From Nemertoderma westbladi (taxonomy: Eukaryota; Animalia; Xenacoelomorpha): a DNA stretch of 64,000 nucleotides. Positions 50,601 through 63,171 of this stretch are shown here, piece by piece (positions within the stretch are counted from its first letter, which is position 1; each line of letters begins with the position of its first letter). Location: contig JAUCBJ010005043.1 in NCBI GenBank assembly GCA_032718475.1, positions 74,329 through 138,328 of the forward strand, in the 5' to 3' direction. The notes beneath the pieces are model-generated. The model did not search any database. It had not been told where the DNA came from and saw only the letters and a program-made list of their open reading frames with translations. Position numbers and translations under genes: made by a program.

Positions 50601-53600
50601 TGCCTGACAGCCAGATAGGCCTACTGCATTACCTACCGGTAGGCGGGGTATAGCTATTAACCAGTAGGGCCTAGCTATATTATTAAAACATGGCTCCAAA
50701 TGCCACCATAAATATAAGCTAACTTATTTATAACATAATTTCTGTCATTTTAACATTTATTTATACAGCAACTAATATAATTTGTGCGGTTTCTATCACT
50801 TATAATGTATATGTACAATCATTTCGTAATTTTACAATTTTGGAATAAAACTACATACATATACTTGTTGCAAAGTACTTTACAGTGTTCTGATCCTCGT
50901 GGCTTTATTTTCACTCACTCACTAACGTTCGTTCGTGTAACAAAGCCACTCGGATCATCACACTGTAAAGTGCTACTTTACACACAACTATGTAAATAGT
51001 TAGAAATAATATAAAGTACCGGACCTGACCGGTACAAATAATAGCGTGATATAAACATGTATATACCATTGATATCGCGTTAGACGTCGCGTATCAAACA
51101 AATTTAACTAACCTGCGATGAATTGAATATGTTTAGCGATGACGCTAATTATATTGCTGTTGAAGAGCTTGAGATACTGATTGGACAAGGTGTAGGCGGT
51201 GTTTAGCCGGGAGTCTAGTTCGTGGTCCAGCTCATTAAAGTGTCTCAAATAAATGCGGCCATATTGAGACCATCTACGGGTGCCTATAGAGGAGAAAGAA
51301 ATAAAGTTGCAAGGAATTCTTTATTGTCATTGAATTTTTATTGTATTTCTGTAACTCGGGTTTGTAGCTTTGGATAATACAAACTGTCTGAAACGAATGT
51401 ATTAGAGTGCGTACCATTTCCAAAGCGCCATGACCCCCCCCCCCCCCCCCCAATATATCTAAACTTTTACTAGATTTACCTTGCAACAAGTATTAATTCA
51501 TGTGCGGCATTCTTTACAAATTTATTTGCGCACCCCGACTGCGCACGTCGCCGAATGTCGCACTGCCTCAAAGTATGGGAGGCCAGACGATTGTCGACAC
51601 AGCAGCCAAAGAATACGCGTTGTAGCATTTAGTTCATTAAGATTAGTTTAGAACTAACCGATGATCGATGGATGGGTCCCGTTTGTAACTAACCGAGTAG
51701 CGATCGGTCCCGTTTATAACTAACTAACCGAGTAGCGATCGGTCCCGTTTGTAACTAACTAACCGAGTAGCAATGGGTCCCGTTTGTAACTAACCGAGTA
51801 GCGACGGGTCCCGTTTGTAACTAACCGAGTAGCGATCGGTCCCGTTTGTAACTAACCGAGTAGCGATGGGTCCCGTTTGTAACTAACCGAGTAGCGACGG
51901 GTCCCGTTTGTAACTAACTAACCGAGTAGCGATGGGTCCTGTTTGTAACTAACCGAGTAGCGATCGATCCCGTTTGTAACTAACCGAGTAGCGATGGGTC
52001 CCGTTTGTAACTAACCGAGTAGCGACGGGTCCCGTTTGTAACTAACCGAGTAGAGATGGGTCCCGTTTGTAACTAACCGAGTAGCGATGGGTCCCGTTTG
52101 TAACTAACCGAGTAGCGACGGGTCCCGTTTGTAACTAACCGAGTAGCGATCGGTCCCGTTTGTAACTAACTAACCGAGTAGCGATGGGTCCTGTTTGTAA
52201 CTAACCGAGTAGCGATCGGTCCCGTTTGTAACTAACCGAGTAGCGATCGGTCCCGTTTGTAACTAACTAACGGAGTAGCGATGGGTCCCTTTTGTAACTA
52301 ACCGAGTAGCGATCGGTCCCGTTTGTAACTAACCGAGTAGCGATGGGTCCCGTTTGTAACTAACCGAATAGCATATCGGTCCCGTTTGTAACTAACCGAG
52401 TAGCGATCGGTCCCGTTTGTAACTAACTAACCGAGTAGCGATGGGTCATGTTTGTAACTAACCGAATAGTGATCGGTCCCGTTTGTAACTAACTAACCGA
52501 GTAGCGATGGGTCCTGTTTGTAACTAACTGAGTAGCGATCGGTCCCGTTTGTAACTAACCGAGTAGCGACGGGTCCCGTTTGTAACTAACCGAGTAGCGA
52601 TCGGTCCCGTTTGTAACTAACTAACCGAGTAGCGATGGGTCCTGTTTGTAACTAACCGAGTAGCGATCGGTCCCGTTTGTAACTAACCGAGTAGCGATCG
52701 GTCCCGTTTGTAACTAACTAACCGAGTAGCGATGGGTCCCGTTTGTAACTAACCGAGTAGCGATCGGTCCCGTTTGTAACTAACTAACCGAGTAGCGATG
52801 GATCCCGTTTGTAACTAACCGAGTAGTGACGGGTCCCGTTTGTAACTAACCGAGTAGCGATGGGTCCCGCTTGTAACTAACCAAGTAGCGATCGGTCCCG
52901 TTTGTAACTAACCGAGTAGCGATCGGTCCCGTTTGTAACTAACCGAGTAGCGATCGGTCCCATTTATAACTAACTAACCCAGTAGCGATCGGTCCCATTT
53001 GTAACTAACCGAGTAGCGATCGGTCCCGTTTGTAACTAACCGAGTAGCGATCGGTCCCGTTTGTAACTAACCGAGTAGCGATGGGTCCCGTTTGTAACTA
53101 ACCGAGTAGCGATGGGTCCCGTTTGTAACTAACCGAGTAGCGATCGGTCCCGTTTGTAACTAACCGAGTAGCGATCAGTCCCGTTTGTAACTAACCGAGT
53201 AGCGATCGGTCCCGTTTATAACTAACTAACCCAGTAGCGATCGGTCCCATTTGTAACTAACCGAGTAGCGATCAGTCCCGTTTGTAACTAACCGAGTAGC
53301 GATCGGTCCCGTTTGTAACTAACCGAGTAGCGATGGGTCCCGTTTGTAACTAACCGAGTAGCGATGGGTCCCGTTTGTAACTAACCGAGTAGCGATCGGT
53401 CCCGTTTGTAACTAACCGAGTAGCGATCGGTCCCGTTTGTAACTAACCGAGTAGAGACGGGTCCCGTTTGTAACTAACCGAGTAGCGATCGGTCCCGTTT
53501 GTAACTAACCGAGTAGAGATGGGTCCCGTTTGTAACTAACCGAGTAGAGACGGGTCCCGTTTGTAACTAACCGAGTAGCGATCGGTCCCGTTTGTAACTA

Positions 53601-56600
53601 ACCGAGTAGAGATGGGTCCCGTTTGTAACTAACCGAGTAGCGTCGGGTCCCATTTGTAACTAACCGAGTAGCGATCGGTCCCGTTTGTAACTAACCGAGT
53701 AGCGACGGGTCCCGTTTGTAACGAACCGAGTAGCGATGGGTCCTGTTTGTAACTAACCGAGTAGCGATCGGTCCCGTTTGTAACTAACCGAGTAGCGATC
53801 GGTCCCGTTTATAACTAACTAACCCAGTAGCGATCGGTCCCATTTGTAACTAACCGAGTAGCGATCGGTCCCGTTTGTAACTAACCGAGTAGCGATCGGT
53901 CCCGTTTGTAATTAACCGAGTAGCGACGGGTCCTGTTTGTAACTAACCGAGTAGCGATCGGTCCCGTTTATAACTAACTAACCGAGTAGCGATCGGTCCC
54001 ATTTGTAACTAACCGAGTAGCGATCGGTCCCGTTTGTAACTAACCGAGTAGCGATCGGTCCCGTTTATAACTAACTAACCGAGTAGCGACCAGTCCCGTT
54101 TGTAACTAACTAACCGAGTAGCGATGGGTCCCGTTTGTAACTAACCGAGTAGCGACGGGTCCCGTTTGTAACTAACCGAGTAGCGATCGGTCCCATTTGT
54201 AACTAACCGAGTAGCGATGGGTCCCGTTTGTAACTAACCGAGTAGCGACGGGTCCCGTTTGTAACTAACTAACCGAGTAGCGATGGGTCTTGTTTGTAAC
54301 TAACCGAGTAGCGATCAGTCCCATTTGTAACTAACCGAGTAACGATGGGTCCCGTTTGTAACTAACCGAGTAGCGACAGGTCCCGTTTGTAACTAACCGA
54401 GTAGCGATCGGTCCCGTTTGTAACTAACTAACCGAGTAGCGATGGGTCCTGTTTGTAACTAACCGAGTAGCGATCGGTCCCGTTTGTAACTAACCGAGTA
54501 GTGATCGGTCCTGTTTGTAACTAACTAACGGAGTATCGATGGGTCCCTTTTGTAACTAACCGAGTAGCAATCGGTCCCGATTGTAACTAACCGAGTAGCG
54601 ATGGGTCCCGTTTGTAACTAACCGAATAGCATATCGGTCCCATTTGTAACTAACCGAGTAGCGATCGGTCCCGTTTGTAACTAACTAACCGAGTAGCGAT
54701 GGGTCCTGTTTGTAACTAACCAAATAGCGATTGGTCCCGTTTGTAACTAACTAACCGAGTAGCGATGGGTCCTGTTTGTAACTAACCGAGTAGCGATCGG
54801 TCCCGTTTGTAACTAACTGAGTAGCGACGGGTCCCGTTTGTAACTAACCGAGTAGCGATCGGTCCCGTTTGTAACTAACTAACCGAGTAGCGATGGGTCC
54901 TGTTTGTAACTAACTGAGTAGCGATCGGTTCCGTTTGTAACTAACCGAGTAGCGATCGGTCCCATTTGTAACTAACTAACCGAGTAGCAATGGGTCCCAT
55001 TTGTAACTAACCGAGTAGCGATCGGTCCCGTTTGTAACTAACTAACCGAGTATTATGTTCGTTAGGAAATATGTTAGGATCTAGACCAAATAACATATAT
55101 AATATCTTATATAGATCAGATATCCTAATGACAGGCAACCAGGGCAGGTACACTACTAAAGTATGTATATGCTGTACTGCTGTACTACCAGCCTGAAATA
55201 TAGCATGAAAGTCGATATTCCTACACACATATCGATATCAAGTTTGTAACAGTCAGAGTCAAGTGTATGATAAACGGTCAGGTGGATGTCGAAGCCTGTT
55301 AGAACGGCGCATCCCATTGTCCCCTACTCTCAGGTCTTGCATATGATCGTCTTCATCTTCCAGCAACTCCTGTTGTATGGGTCGGATATGAAGGCGATTT
55401 CTCCACAAGACTCTCCCAGATGGAAATCGGAGACGGTAATGTATGTGATGAGATGTAGTGAGGACCGTGGCCAATCGATCCCATCGTTTTGAAATGACAT
55501 TCTGGACTAAAACTTTTGTGCCAGTTTTTATAGGTACAAGAGAAATTGCAGACTGATCATAGTAGAACTTTCGCTTTGCCGCCGTATTAAGTCTATCTTG
55601 ATTGGCGGATTCGGTATCCTTCTGCCACTCAGAGGAGTATGCAGACCAATGTGTTGGGATGAGGGACCTCAAGGGGTGACCAAATAACATTTGTGAAGGG
55701 GATAGTCCATCCTCGTTGGGAACATTACGGAGTTCAAGAAGACCGGATAGAAAGTTGTCACTGGAGATATTGCCACCTGATTTTCGTAGCAGCAATTTTA
55801 CTTTTTTAACATTTACTTCAGCATGGCCATTTCCTTTGGGGTAATGTGGAGATGAAGGTATCCATGTAACTCCCCAGTTAGAAAGGAAATGGCGCATCTC
55901 TTCAGCTGCAAATTGGGGCCCATTATCGCTTGTTAAAACATTAGGGACTCCCATTGTGGAAAAATATCGTTTCAATACTCGGATCGTATCTGTCGCAGAT
56001 GGTGTGTGAATAAAGTTATCAACAAGAGGATACCCAGTGTATCGATCCGAGTAAATGATGTAATATTTATTGTCATATTGGAAAAAGTCAGTTGATACAG
56101 ATGCAAATGCACGCTTCGGGATATCATGTTGGATCATTGGCTCGGGTGAAAGTGATGGTTGGCAACGTTGACATTCAAAGCATGCCTCGACGGTAGATTT
56201 AATGTCTGAAGTATATCCTGGCCAAAATACACACTGTCGTGCACGACGCTTTGTTCTTTCAATACCCTGGTGACTGGAATGCAATTTACGTAAAACCTCT
56301 TTCACCTCAGATGGTGGAATTACTATCTGTTGACCGCGGAGTATCAGACCCCCATGAATAGAGAGTTCATCTTTGAATTTTTTGAATGAAGCGACATAAG
56401 TCGATTTGCAAGCATTATCACTAAAATCAGATAGAATAGCAGATATCAATTGTTGATAATTATTGTCATTATCAGCGCGCATGTGTAACTCCTCAAGGAT
56501 CAAATCCGGGACATTTCTAATCGTGTTATCTATAACATTCATAAAGAGAGTTGCCTGCTCGGAAATGATCGTTTCTTCGTCATCATCATTGGTCGGTCTA

Positions 56601-59600
56601 TCGACAGGCGACCTAGATAGGGCATCAGGTATTGCATGTTCTTTACCTTTTTTCCACGTTACATTAAATGTATATCCTGTTAATTTAGAACGATAGTTAA
56701 GAACACGTGTATTATCTATGTCGATCAACCCATATTTATTAAATAATGAAACTAACTGTTGGTGATCAGTTACCACTGTAAAATTGGGAAGGCCGGACAA
56801 ATACACGTGGCATTTCTTTATTGCCCATACAATTGCGAGAGCCTCGAGTTCTACTATTGCGTATCTAGACTCGACGTCTCTTAAGAATCAGCTTTTACAT
56901 TGAATTAACCTCCAAATACCTTCCTGTTTCTGCAATAAAATGAACCCAAGTCCATTCAAGCGAGAGGCATCCGTTTCTAGAACAGTTTCATACGATGGGT
57001 CAAACATAGCTAACACTGGCGGAGATACCAAAAGACATTTAACTGCTTGAAAAGCTGAAGAGTGATCTGGTAGCCAGATGAAATCATTACGGGTTTTCAA
57101 TAAATCACGGAGGGGACCTGCGGCACCAGCAATACCGGAACTAAAAGACCCTAACTGGTTAACGAGGCCAAGGAAGCTCCTGAGATTAGATTGAGTAGTT
57201 GGAATAGGGAATTCGGATATGGCACTAACTTTCTTCTCATCTACCGAAATGCTGCCGTGAGAAATATTATATCCAACAAAATGGATTGTTTCAGCACACA
57301 GAGTTGATTTTGCTTTATTCACGGTAATATTATGATATGCACATCTCTCGAGTACATCACAGACAATGCGAATTATCCCTTGAATGGTCGATGAACCTAT
57401 ACCGACGTCATCAGTGACCTTTTGTACGTTAAGGTCACCTAAAGCACAGTCGCCCCTATATGAATAACTATCTCCGGTTGAGACAAATCCCATTGGAGAT
57501 CGCAGAAACTTGAATTTACCAAATGGTGTTATGAACACTGTAAGATCTTGAGCAGCCTCATCCAGAGGCATTTGCCAATACCCTTTTACGAAATCCAGTT
57601 TAGCAAAAAACTTATCAGTTGGTAAAAAGCCAGACACAGCTTCGGCTGGGGTCTTTGTATGATATGAAGTCCGCAGTACTTGGGAATTTAACTTAGTCAA
57701 ATCTACACAAAGTCTAATATTGCCATTTGGATCATTGGGTTTTGGCGTTATAACAATCGGATGACACCACTGTGTCGGAATATCGCCTACAGGTTCTATA
57801 ATTTTACTTTCAACCATATAGTCTAGGTTTTCTTTGACTTTATCCCGCAATGCGTATGGCACTTGTCGGGCAGCATGAATTGCAAAAGGTATTGCGTCAG
57901 GTTTAAGTGTAACTGTCATTGGTGACCCAACAACACCACCTGTCATTGGGCGTAACCCCTCCACATCATTGAACACTATAGAATATATAGAGTATAGTTT
58001 CTGGAGGATTTCATTGCTAATGTTTACTGTTAAATCGGATTTAGGTAAACTTTCTATCCATTGTTCACGATTTGGCCAAATTTTGGCTGGGATTGGTGCT
58101 ACTAAAGCATCGACAACAGAATCATCGCTTTGGGTGATTGCGTCAACTCCGGACAAGTACATATTGTTGCGATTATCTGTATTAGTAGATACAGGATGAG
58201 GAAATGATGGACTAACAATCTTTAATTGTTTACAATCATCGAGAGAAAGGTAACAACCAATGACATCAAAACAAACAACTACTGTAGTTTTAGTCACTAC
58301 ATCACTAACCATAATGGTGTCATTAAACGTACCTGCTTGTTCTAGAATACCACCTCCAACTGTCTTTATTCGACATCTTAACTTGGGTCCGAGTTCGAAG
58401 TGGTTCACAAAACCAGAAGAGTTATAAGGCTCAATACCCATAACGGTAACGCCAGCACCTGTATCTGCCATCATAGTAAACATAGATGATATGTTTCCCG
58501 AAACATCAGATGGAGTAATACACACTTCAAGTAAGGGTTGAGGAAAATTCTGTAAAGGTGATGAATATATCATTAGTTGATCCTTTTGTTGGAATTGTAT
58601 GAAAAACACTAATAACTAAATTCGCGTTTTCATCGTCGTCATAGAAGTCAGAACCATCGTTGACACTGTCTTCATGATCTGGTTCATTATAATCTGACAA
58701 TTCAATGGCTGCAACCAATCTGGACGGACAAACGGTAGAATAATGTCCTGTACCGGAACAGGAAACGCATTTTGCATTGCGAGCTGGACAATTTTTGGGT
58801 GGGTGTGGTTGTTGTCCACATCGGCCACACCTACGGCCGGCCATAATTAACTTTATTACCCTCCTTAAATTTTGGATGTTCCGGTTTGGGAGATTTATTA
58901 TCAGCCCCTTTAAACTTCATTTTACGTTTATTATATTCTGTTCTCCCAGCATTAACAGATACACCAGAACTGTGACTTTGCCCTAATGACTTAGTAGCTA
59001 TACGGGCCGATTCCAATGCAACAATAAACTTACGAGAATCATTAAAGTTTAGCGGGGGATCTTTTTCTATTAGTTTTTGTTTATCTTCTTCTTCTGACAT
59101 CGCCAATATGAGTAATGCTGCATGTAGACGGTCAGTGGTTACAATACTTGTATTTGCATATTCTCCGAGTTCTTGAATTTCGTTACATAATGAGGTGTAT
59201 GACTGGCCGTCCGATTGGCGGATGGAGAGGAGTACACGCCAATCCAGGTTTGAATTACGTAATGATCGGAGGTAATCGCGGATTTGTTCGTGAATTATAT
59301 CGATATCAAGTGTTGTATCAGGAAGAATTTCTAGAGCCCACTAACCGAGTAGTGACGGTTCCCGTTTGTAACTAACCGAGTAGCGATCGGTCCCGTTTGT
59401 AACTAACCGAGTAGCGATGGGTCCCGTTTGTAACTAACTGAGTAGCGTCGGGTCCCGTTTGTAACTAACCGAGTAGCGATCGGTCCCGTTTGTAACTAAC
59501 CGAGTAGCGACGGGTCCCGTTTGTAACTAACCGAGTAGAGATGGGTCCCGTTTGTAACTAACCGAGTAGCCATCGGTCCCGTTTGTAACTAACCGAGTAG

Positions 59601-62232
59601 CGATCCGTCCCGTTTATAACTAACTAACCCAGTAGCGATCAGTCCCATTTGTAACTAACTGAGTAGCGATCGGTCCCGTTTGTAACTAACCGAGTAGCGA
59701 TCGGTCCCGTTTGTAACTAACCGAGTAGCGACGGGTCCCGTTTGTAACTAACCGAGTAGAGATGGGTCCCGTTTGTAACTAACCGAGTAGCGATCTGTCC
59801 CGTTTGTAACTAACCGAGTAGCGATCAGTCCCGTTTATAACTAACTAACCCAGTAGCGATCGGTCCCATTTGTAACTAACCGAGTAGCGATCGGTCCCGT
59901 TTGTAACTAACCGAGTAGCGATCGGTCCCATTTGTAACTAACCAAGTAGCGATGGGTCCCGTTTGTAACTAACCGAGTAGCGATGGGTCCCGTTTGTAAC
60001 TAACCGAGTAGCAATTGGTCCCGTTTGTAACTAACCGAGTAGAGATGGGTCCCGTTTGTAACTAACCGAGTAGAGATGGGTCCCTTTTGATAACCTCGGC
60101 ATAGGAGAAGAAAGAATAGAGAATCTGCCACATGAAGATGAGTGGCATTAGGAGTAGATTGGCGATGGCCAATACGAGCATCCTGTTGGACATTTGCGCT
60201 GCCAGCACTTCGCGTTTGAGTTTGGATTTATAATCGGAGCGCAGATGCCATGAGTCTGGGAAGGGTGACCAGGGACCCCAGAATAGCATTAGTTCGAGGT
60301 TGTACTTGAGTCCCTGGGGTAGGAAAACGGTGTCACCGAGGAACGGGAGTTGGAAGCGGACCGGCAGGACCTCCTTGTTGATCATCGCGATCTGGTAGTT
60401 TTTGAACCGGAGTATTCGATGGTAGATAGAGATCTCCGTTAGGTCAGCGCTGTTTATACACATCTCGTAGCGACGCTGGGCGACCAGCAGACGGCTCTGT
60501 ACGTCGTGCCAGGTCAGGTTGTGGAGTTCCGAGGGCGAGATGTTGAGCCCATAGACGTAGAAACCTCGGATCTCAAGGTAGACGATAGAGTTATAAATGA
60601 CCCTGAAAAAAAAAGAAAATTAAATATAATAAAAAATAATAATTTAGGGACGATGCGGGTATATATAATCCCGCAGCGCAATAAATTACGGAATATTATT
60701 AGCCTACAGTAATTATACTGACCTTGACCAATTAATTATTTTTAATTAATACTTTATTATTACAGGAAAATATAAGACAAATATATAAAAGTGTATTAAC
60801 AAAACATTTCATAAACTGTAATTTAGAGACAGAAAACTATACAGCTATATAATCAATAAAATCAGGATGTCAGGTGTAAATAATATGTTATTATAAAGCT
60901 ATAGCAAAATACATACAATAAAACTGATATATAATAAAACTAATAACACCAATAATTTTGGTAATGAAAACTGAGATTTATTAAGTAGTTTTTACTCACC
61001 GGATCGCTCTTAGGCCGCAGAAGATCAGAGCGACAACGAGACAGAATATCAACCAGTTTGGCAGCAGGGAGGAGCAGCCATCAACGACGATGTCACCGAA
61101 ACGGACCTTATCGAAGGGAGAAGTCCCGTTGGTGGGCCGTTGGTCCCCGAAGAGGACTCGGTAATCGACGCAGTTGATAAGGAAGGTGGCGAAGAGAACG
61201 ACGAAAATGAACTGAAAGAGTTCCAGAACCTCCGAGACCATCATACACAAGAGACCGTGGCGCTGATGGTACCTAAACAGGATAATAATATTTATTACCG
61301 GTACCATTACTGGTAGGCCGCGGTATGTAATTTGAGAATAAATAATGTTTTCATTTTTCAGTTTAAAGGATTTACCAATATTATAATAAATATAAGAATA
61401 GGCCTACCCCTACACTTATTACTTCTCTTCTGTAACAGTGTAATAAGCTGATAAGTTCAGAAGTTGAAGGCAAAATTTTAACTTATAAAGTAGTAATTTG
61501 TTTTTGGGACAATACAATACAACAATAGGCAGATAACGTACGCAAGCAACGGACACAATAACTCTTCTACTTTTATATGGCAAAGTTTGAAATTATATAC
61601 CGGTGACATATTTCAATTGCAGAATTGCGGAAGGACTTTGGTCAGTTGGTTTGGTGGTTCGTGGAAGATTGGCTGATTGCCATTTAGATTTTATAATAGG
61701 CCCGCTACCGGTACCACACAACGACAGCGGTTAGCGGGTCCCGGTAGGTTATAGCCTAGTGGTTCAGTGGTTGCAGGGTTGATCTACTAATCTATGTCAC
61801 CAATACTTCAGTCTGTCAGTAGGCTTACCACCTACTGACAGACTGAGTGATATAATTCAGTAATTATAATCTGTAATCTGATAATCTGCCTGTGGCCCTG
61901 CAGCCCTGTGCCTGATAAGTCCAGAAGTCTGTAAGTACCGGTCTGACACTGACTGACTGACAGTACAGTACAGAGAAGTATGTCTGTATCTGTGTATGTA
62001 CGGTATGGGTAGCGGCAGACCGGTACCTTTGCTTTAACCTAACATACCTGTAAACTCGTGTAAAGAAATCATCCAAGTTCTCAATGTGGTGCCAACGGTG
62101 TTTTTGGTAAACATCAGGGTGGTGTATTAACACGTCTGTTTCTCCAGGAGTATGCTGATGTTGTTCGCTAGCGTCATCCTCGTTATAAAACCCATCGATT
62201 TCGTGATAAAGATCATCATTATTTACAGCCAT
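40959..62232 (-). CDS. ATG9: Autophagy-related protein 9 (lipid scramblase), 8 coding exons, ~787 aa: 62048-62232, 61000-61272, 60067-60602, 51113-51283, 47546-47682, 46740-46982, 46255-46411, 40959-41620
   Basis: ATG9 motifs WHHIENLDDFFTRVY, YHRILRFKNYQIAMINK, RHFNELDHEL, DEDVLTVEHVL, EELLSPIFTP, GVGDVCSFA, GKTEMSLMHF; all junctions are GT-AG with compatible phases. Confidence 0.95.
41842..46227. mobile_element. 4.4-kb non-autonomous hAT-type DNA transposon filling ATG9 intron 7
   Basis: TIRs CAGGGCTCCACAAAAT / CAGGCTTCCACAAAAT; perfect 8-bp TSD ACCAGGAC (41834-41841, 46228-46235); no recognisable transposase. Confidence 0.85.
45551..45726. repeat. 41-bp tandem repeat x4 (GTAGAGTTTGGAAAAGGAATCCAAACACTACACCAGGAAAA)
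   Basis: Visible tandem copies. Confidence 0.9.
46255..46411 (-). CDS. ATG9: ATG9 coding exon 7
   Basis: VNGVGDVCSFAQLDVRRHG..GKTEMSLMHFTVTNP. Confidence 0.94.
46740..46982 (-). CDS. ATG9: ATG9 coding exon 6
   Basis: VWCPE..HIHY..EFSQLFQYK..EELLSPIFTP..DFFRNFTVE. Confidence 0.94.
47546..47682 (-). CDS. ATG9: ATG9 coding exon 5
   Basis: GAMLAVLLCLTVIDEDVLTVEHVL..FIPDENQ; ccgttag| and |gttggt. Confidence 0.92.
47655..49800 (-). repeat. 44-bp minisatellite (~48 copies) made of the ATG9 intron 4 acceptor plus the start of exon 5
   Basis: Minus unit CTACTTTTCTACCGCTAG|GTGCAATGTTAGCTGTTCTACTCTGT; last copy is the real junction. Confidence 0.95.
49920..50365. mobile_element. hAT-like MITE
   Basis: TIRs AGGGATGT(T/G)GCGAATGTC; ATATATAT flanks; subterminal GCGGAT repeats. 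Confidence 0.65.
51113..51283 (-). CDS. ATG9: ATG9 coding exon 4
   Basis: GTRRWSQYGRIYLRHFNELDHELDSRL; ctctatag| and |gttagt. Confidence 0.92.
51650..55052 (-). repeat. 31-bp minisatellite, distal block (~105 copies)
   Basis: Plus unit GTAACTAACCGAGTAGCGATCGGTCCCGTTT, with 35-bp variants. Confidence 0.97.
55055..59340 (-). mobile_element. 5'-truncated Ty3/Gypsy (Mag-like) LTR retrotransposon inside the 31-bp array
   Basis: gag (CGRCGQQPHPPKNC, CVSCSGTGHYSTVC), protease ADTGA, RT CVDLTKLN/LDFVKGYWQ/VTDD, RNase H ETDAS, integrase HHCC + TDFF/SDNGPQF/GHAE; probable short 3' LTR ~55055-55225 (TGTAGGAATAT...TTCCTAAC). Confidence 0.9.
55259..58609 (-). pseudogene. pol: Gypsy pol (PR-RT-RH-IN) with one in-frame TGA at 56888-56890
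   Basis: The two ORFs share a frame; read-through gives IQCKS*FLRDVESRYAIVELEALAIVWA. Confidence 0.9.
59341..60085 (-). repeat. 31-bp minisatellite, exon-proximal block (~24 copies) made of the ATG9 exon 3 end plus splice donor
   Basis: Minus unit AAACGGGACC(C/G)ATCGCTACTCG|GTTAGTTAC; first copy is the real junction. Confidence 0.96.
60067..60602 (-). CDS. ATG9: ATG9 coding exon 3
   Basis: EIRGFY..TWHDVQ..YHRILRFKNY..EVIKRDPSLL; ttttcag| and |gttagt. Confidence 0.93.
61000..61272 (-). CDS. ATG9: ATG9 coding exon 2
   Basis: YHQRHGLLCMMVSEVLELFQFIFVV..NCVDY; tttag| and |gtgagt. Confidence 0.92.
62048..62232 (-). CDS. ATG9: ATG9 coding exon 1
   Basis: MAVNNDD...WHHIENLDDFFTRVY; donor CAG|GTATGT. 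Confidence 0.9.
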
Positions 62233-62595
62233 ACCGGTACTAAACTACTGTCAGACTGTACTACCAGTACCAGACCGCAGGCCTGACAGCAGGCAGACTA
62301 TGGACTACCTGACTGTGGACTGCAGTAGTCAGAATTTAGGTACCGGTACCGGCTGACAGGACAGGTTACTGGTCAGCCGGATGCCGGAAGTCTATCTGTC
62401 TATTCAGCTATTGGTTCGATTTCGTAGGTCTGTAGGTGCCTACTGTCTTGCTATCAACTTAAGCTTATCGTAAATGCAGATAGCAGGATAGGTATAGGCC
62501 TATGTATCACAGTGCACAGTATCATGTATCAGTCTGTCAGTGCAGTCTGTACAGCTGTATCCAGTACTGCAGTATTAGTGCTGAAGTGGGTAAAA

Positions 62596-62786
62596 CGAAC
62601 TTAGATCCTGCAAGGCCTGACTGATGAACTTAGATCTTTCCGAACTTCTGAACTTAGGTCCTATCTGAGTGAACTTAGATCCTAACTAGGTGAACTTAGA
62701 TCCTAACTAGGTAAACTTAGATCCTACTTGGGTGAACTTAGATCCTAACTAGGTGAACTTAGATCCTAACTAGGAACTTAGATCCC
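62596..62786. repeat. ~21-bp tandem repeat (GAACTTAGATCCTAACTAGGT) upstream of ATG9
   Basis: About 8 degenerate copies. Confidence 0.8.
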
Positions 62787-63171
62787 AATTTATGGTATTA
62801 AAAGCTTTTGGTAATCATCATGCTAGTGGCACTGCGTACTTAGATCCCACATTGAAAGCGAAGCGAACTTAGATCCGGTATCGGCAAGGACGACTGGATG
62901 ACCTTGTTATAGTTTAGTTACGGTACCAACACAAGTCAACACAACTGAGGATTAAATTACGACAGACTGTTATTTGGTGTTTATGTGACAGACGCTGTTC
63001 ATAGATGCCTGCGACTGCATGCTGCGCGACTGTACCAGTGGCAGCCATCGGTACCGGTAGGGTAGAAGAAAAATGGGATCTGTACCCTCACTCAACCGGT
63101 AACGGATAAATTGCTTTGGAATAAATGTATCGATATCGCAGCTCAATCAAAGGAGAGAAGTGAACCTCCTA

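Noticed and set aside
58527-58620. Programmed gag-pol frameshift in the Gypsy element at GTTTTTC
   Set aside because: pol is in the +1 frame relative to gag here and another frameshift breaks gag near 58840; decay is more likely
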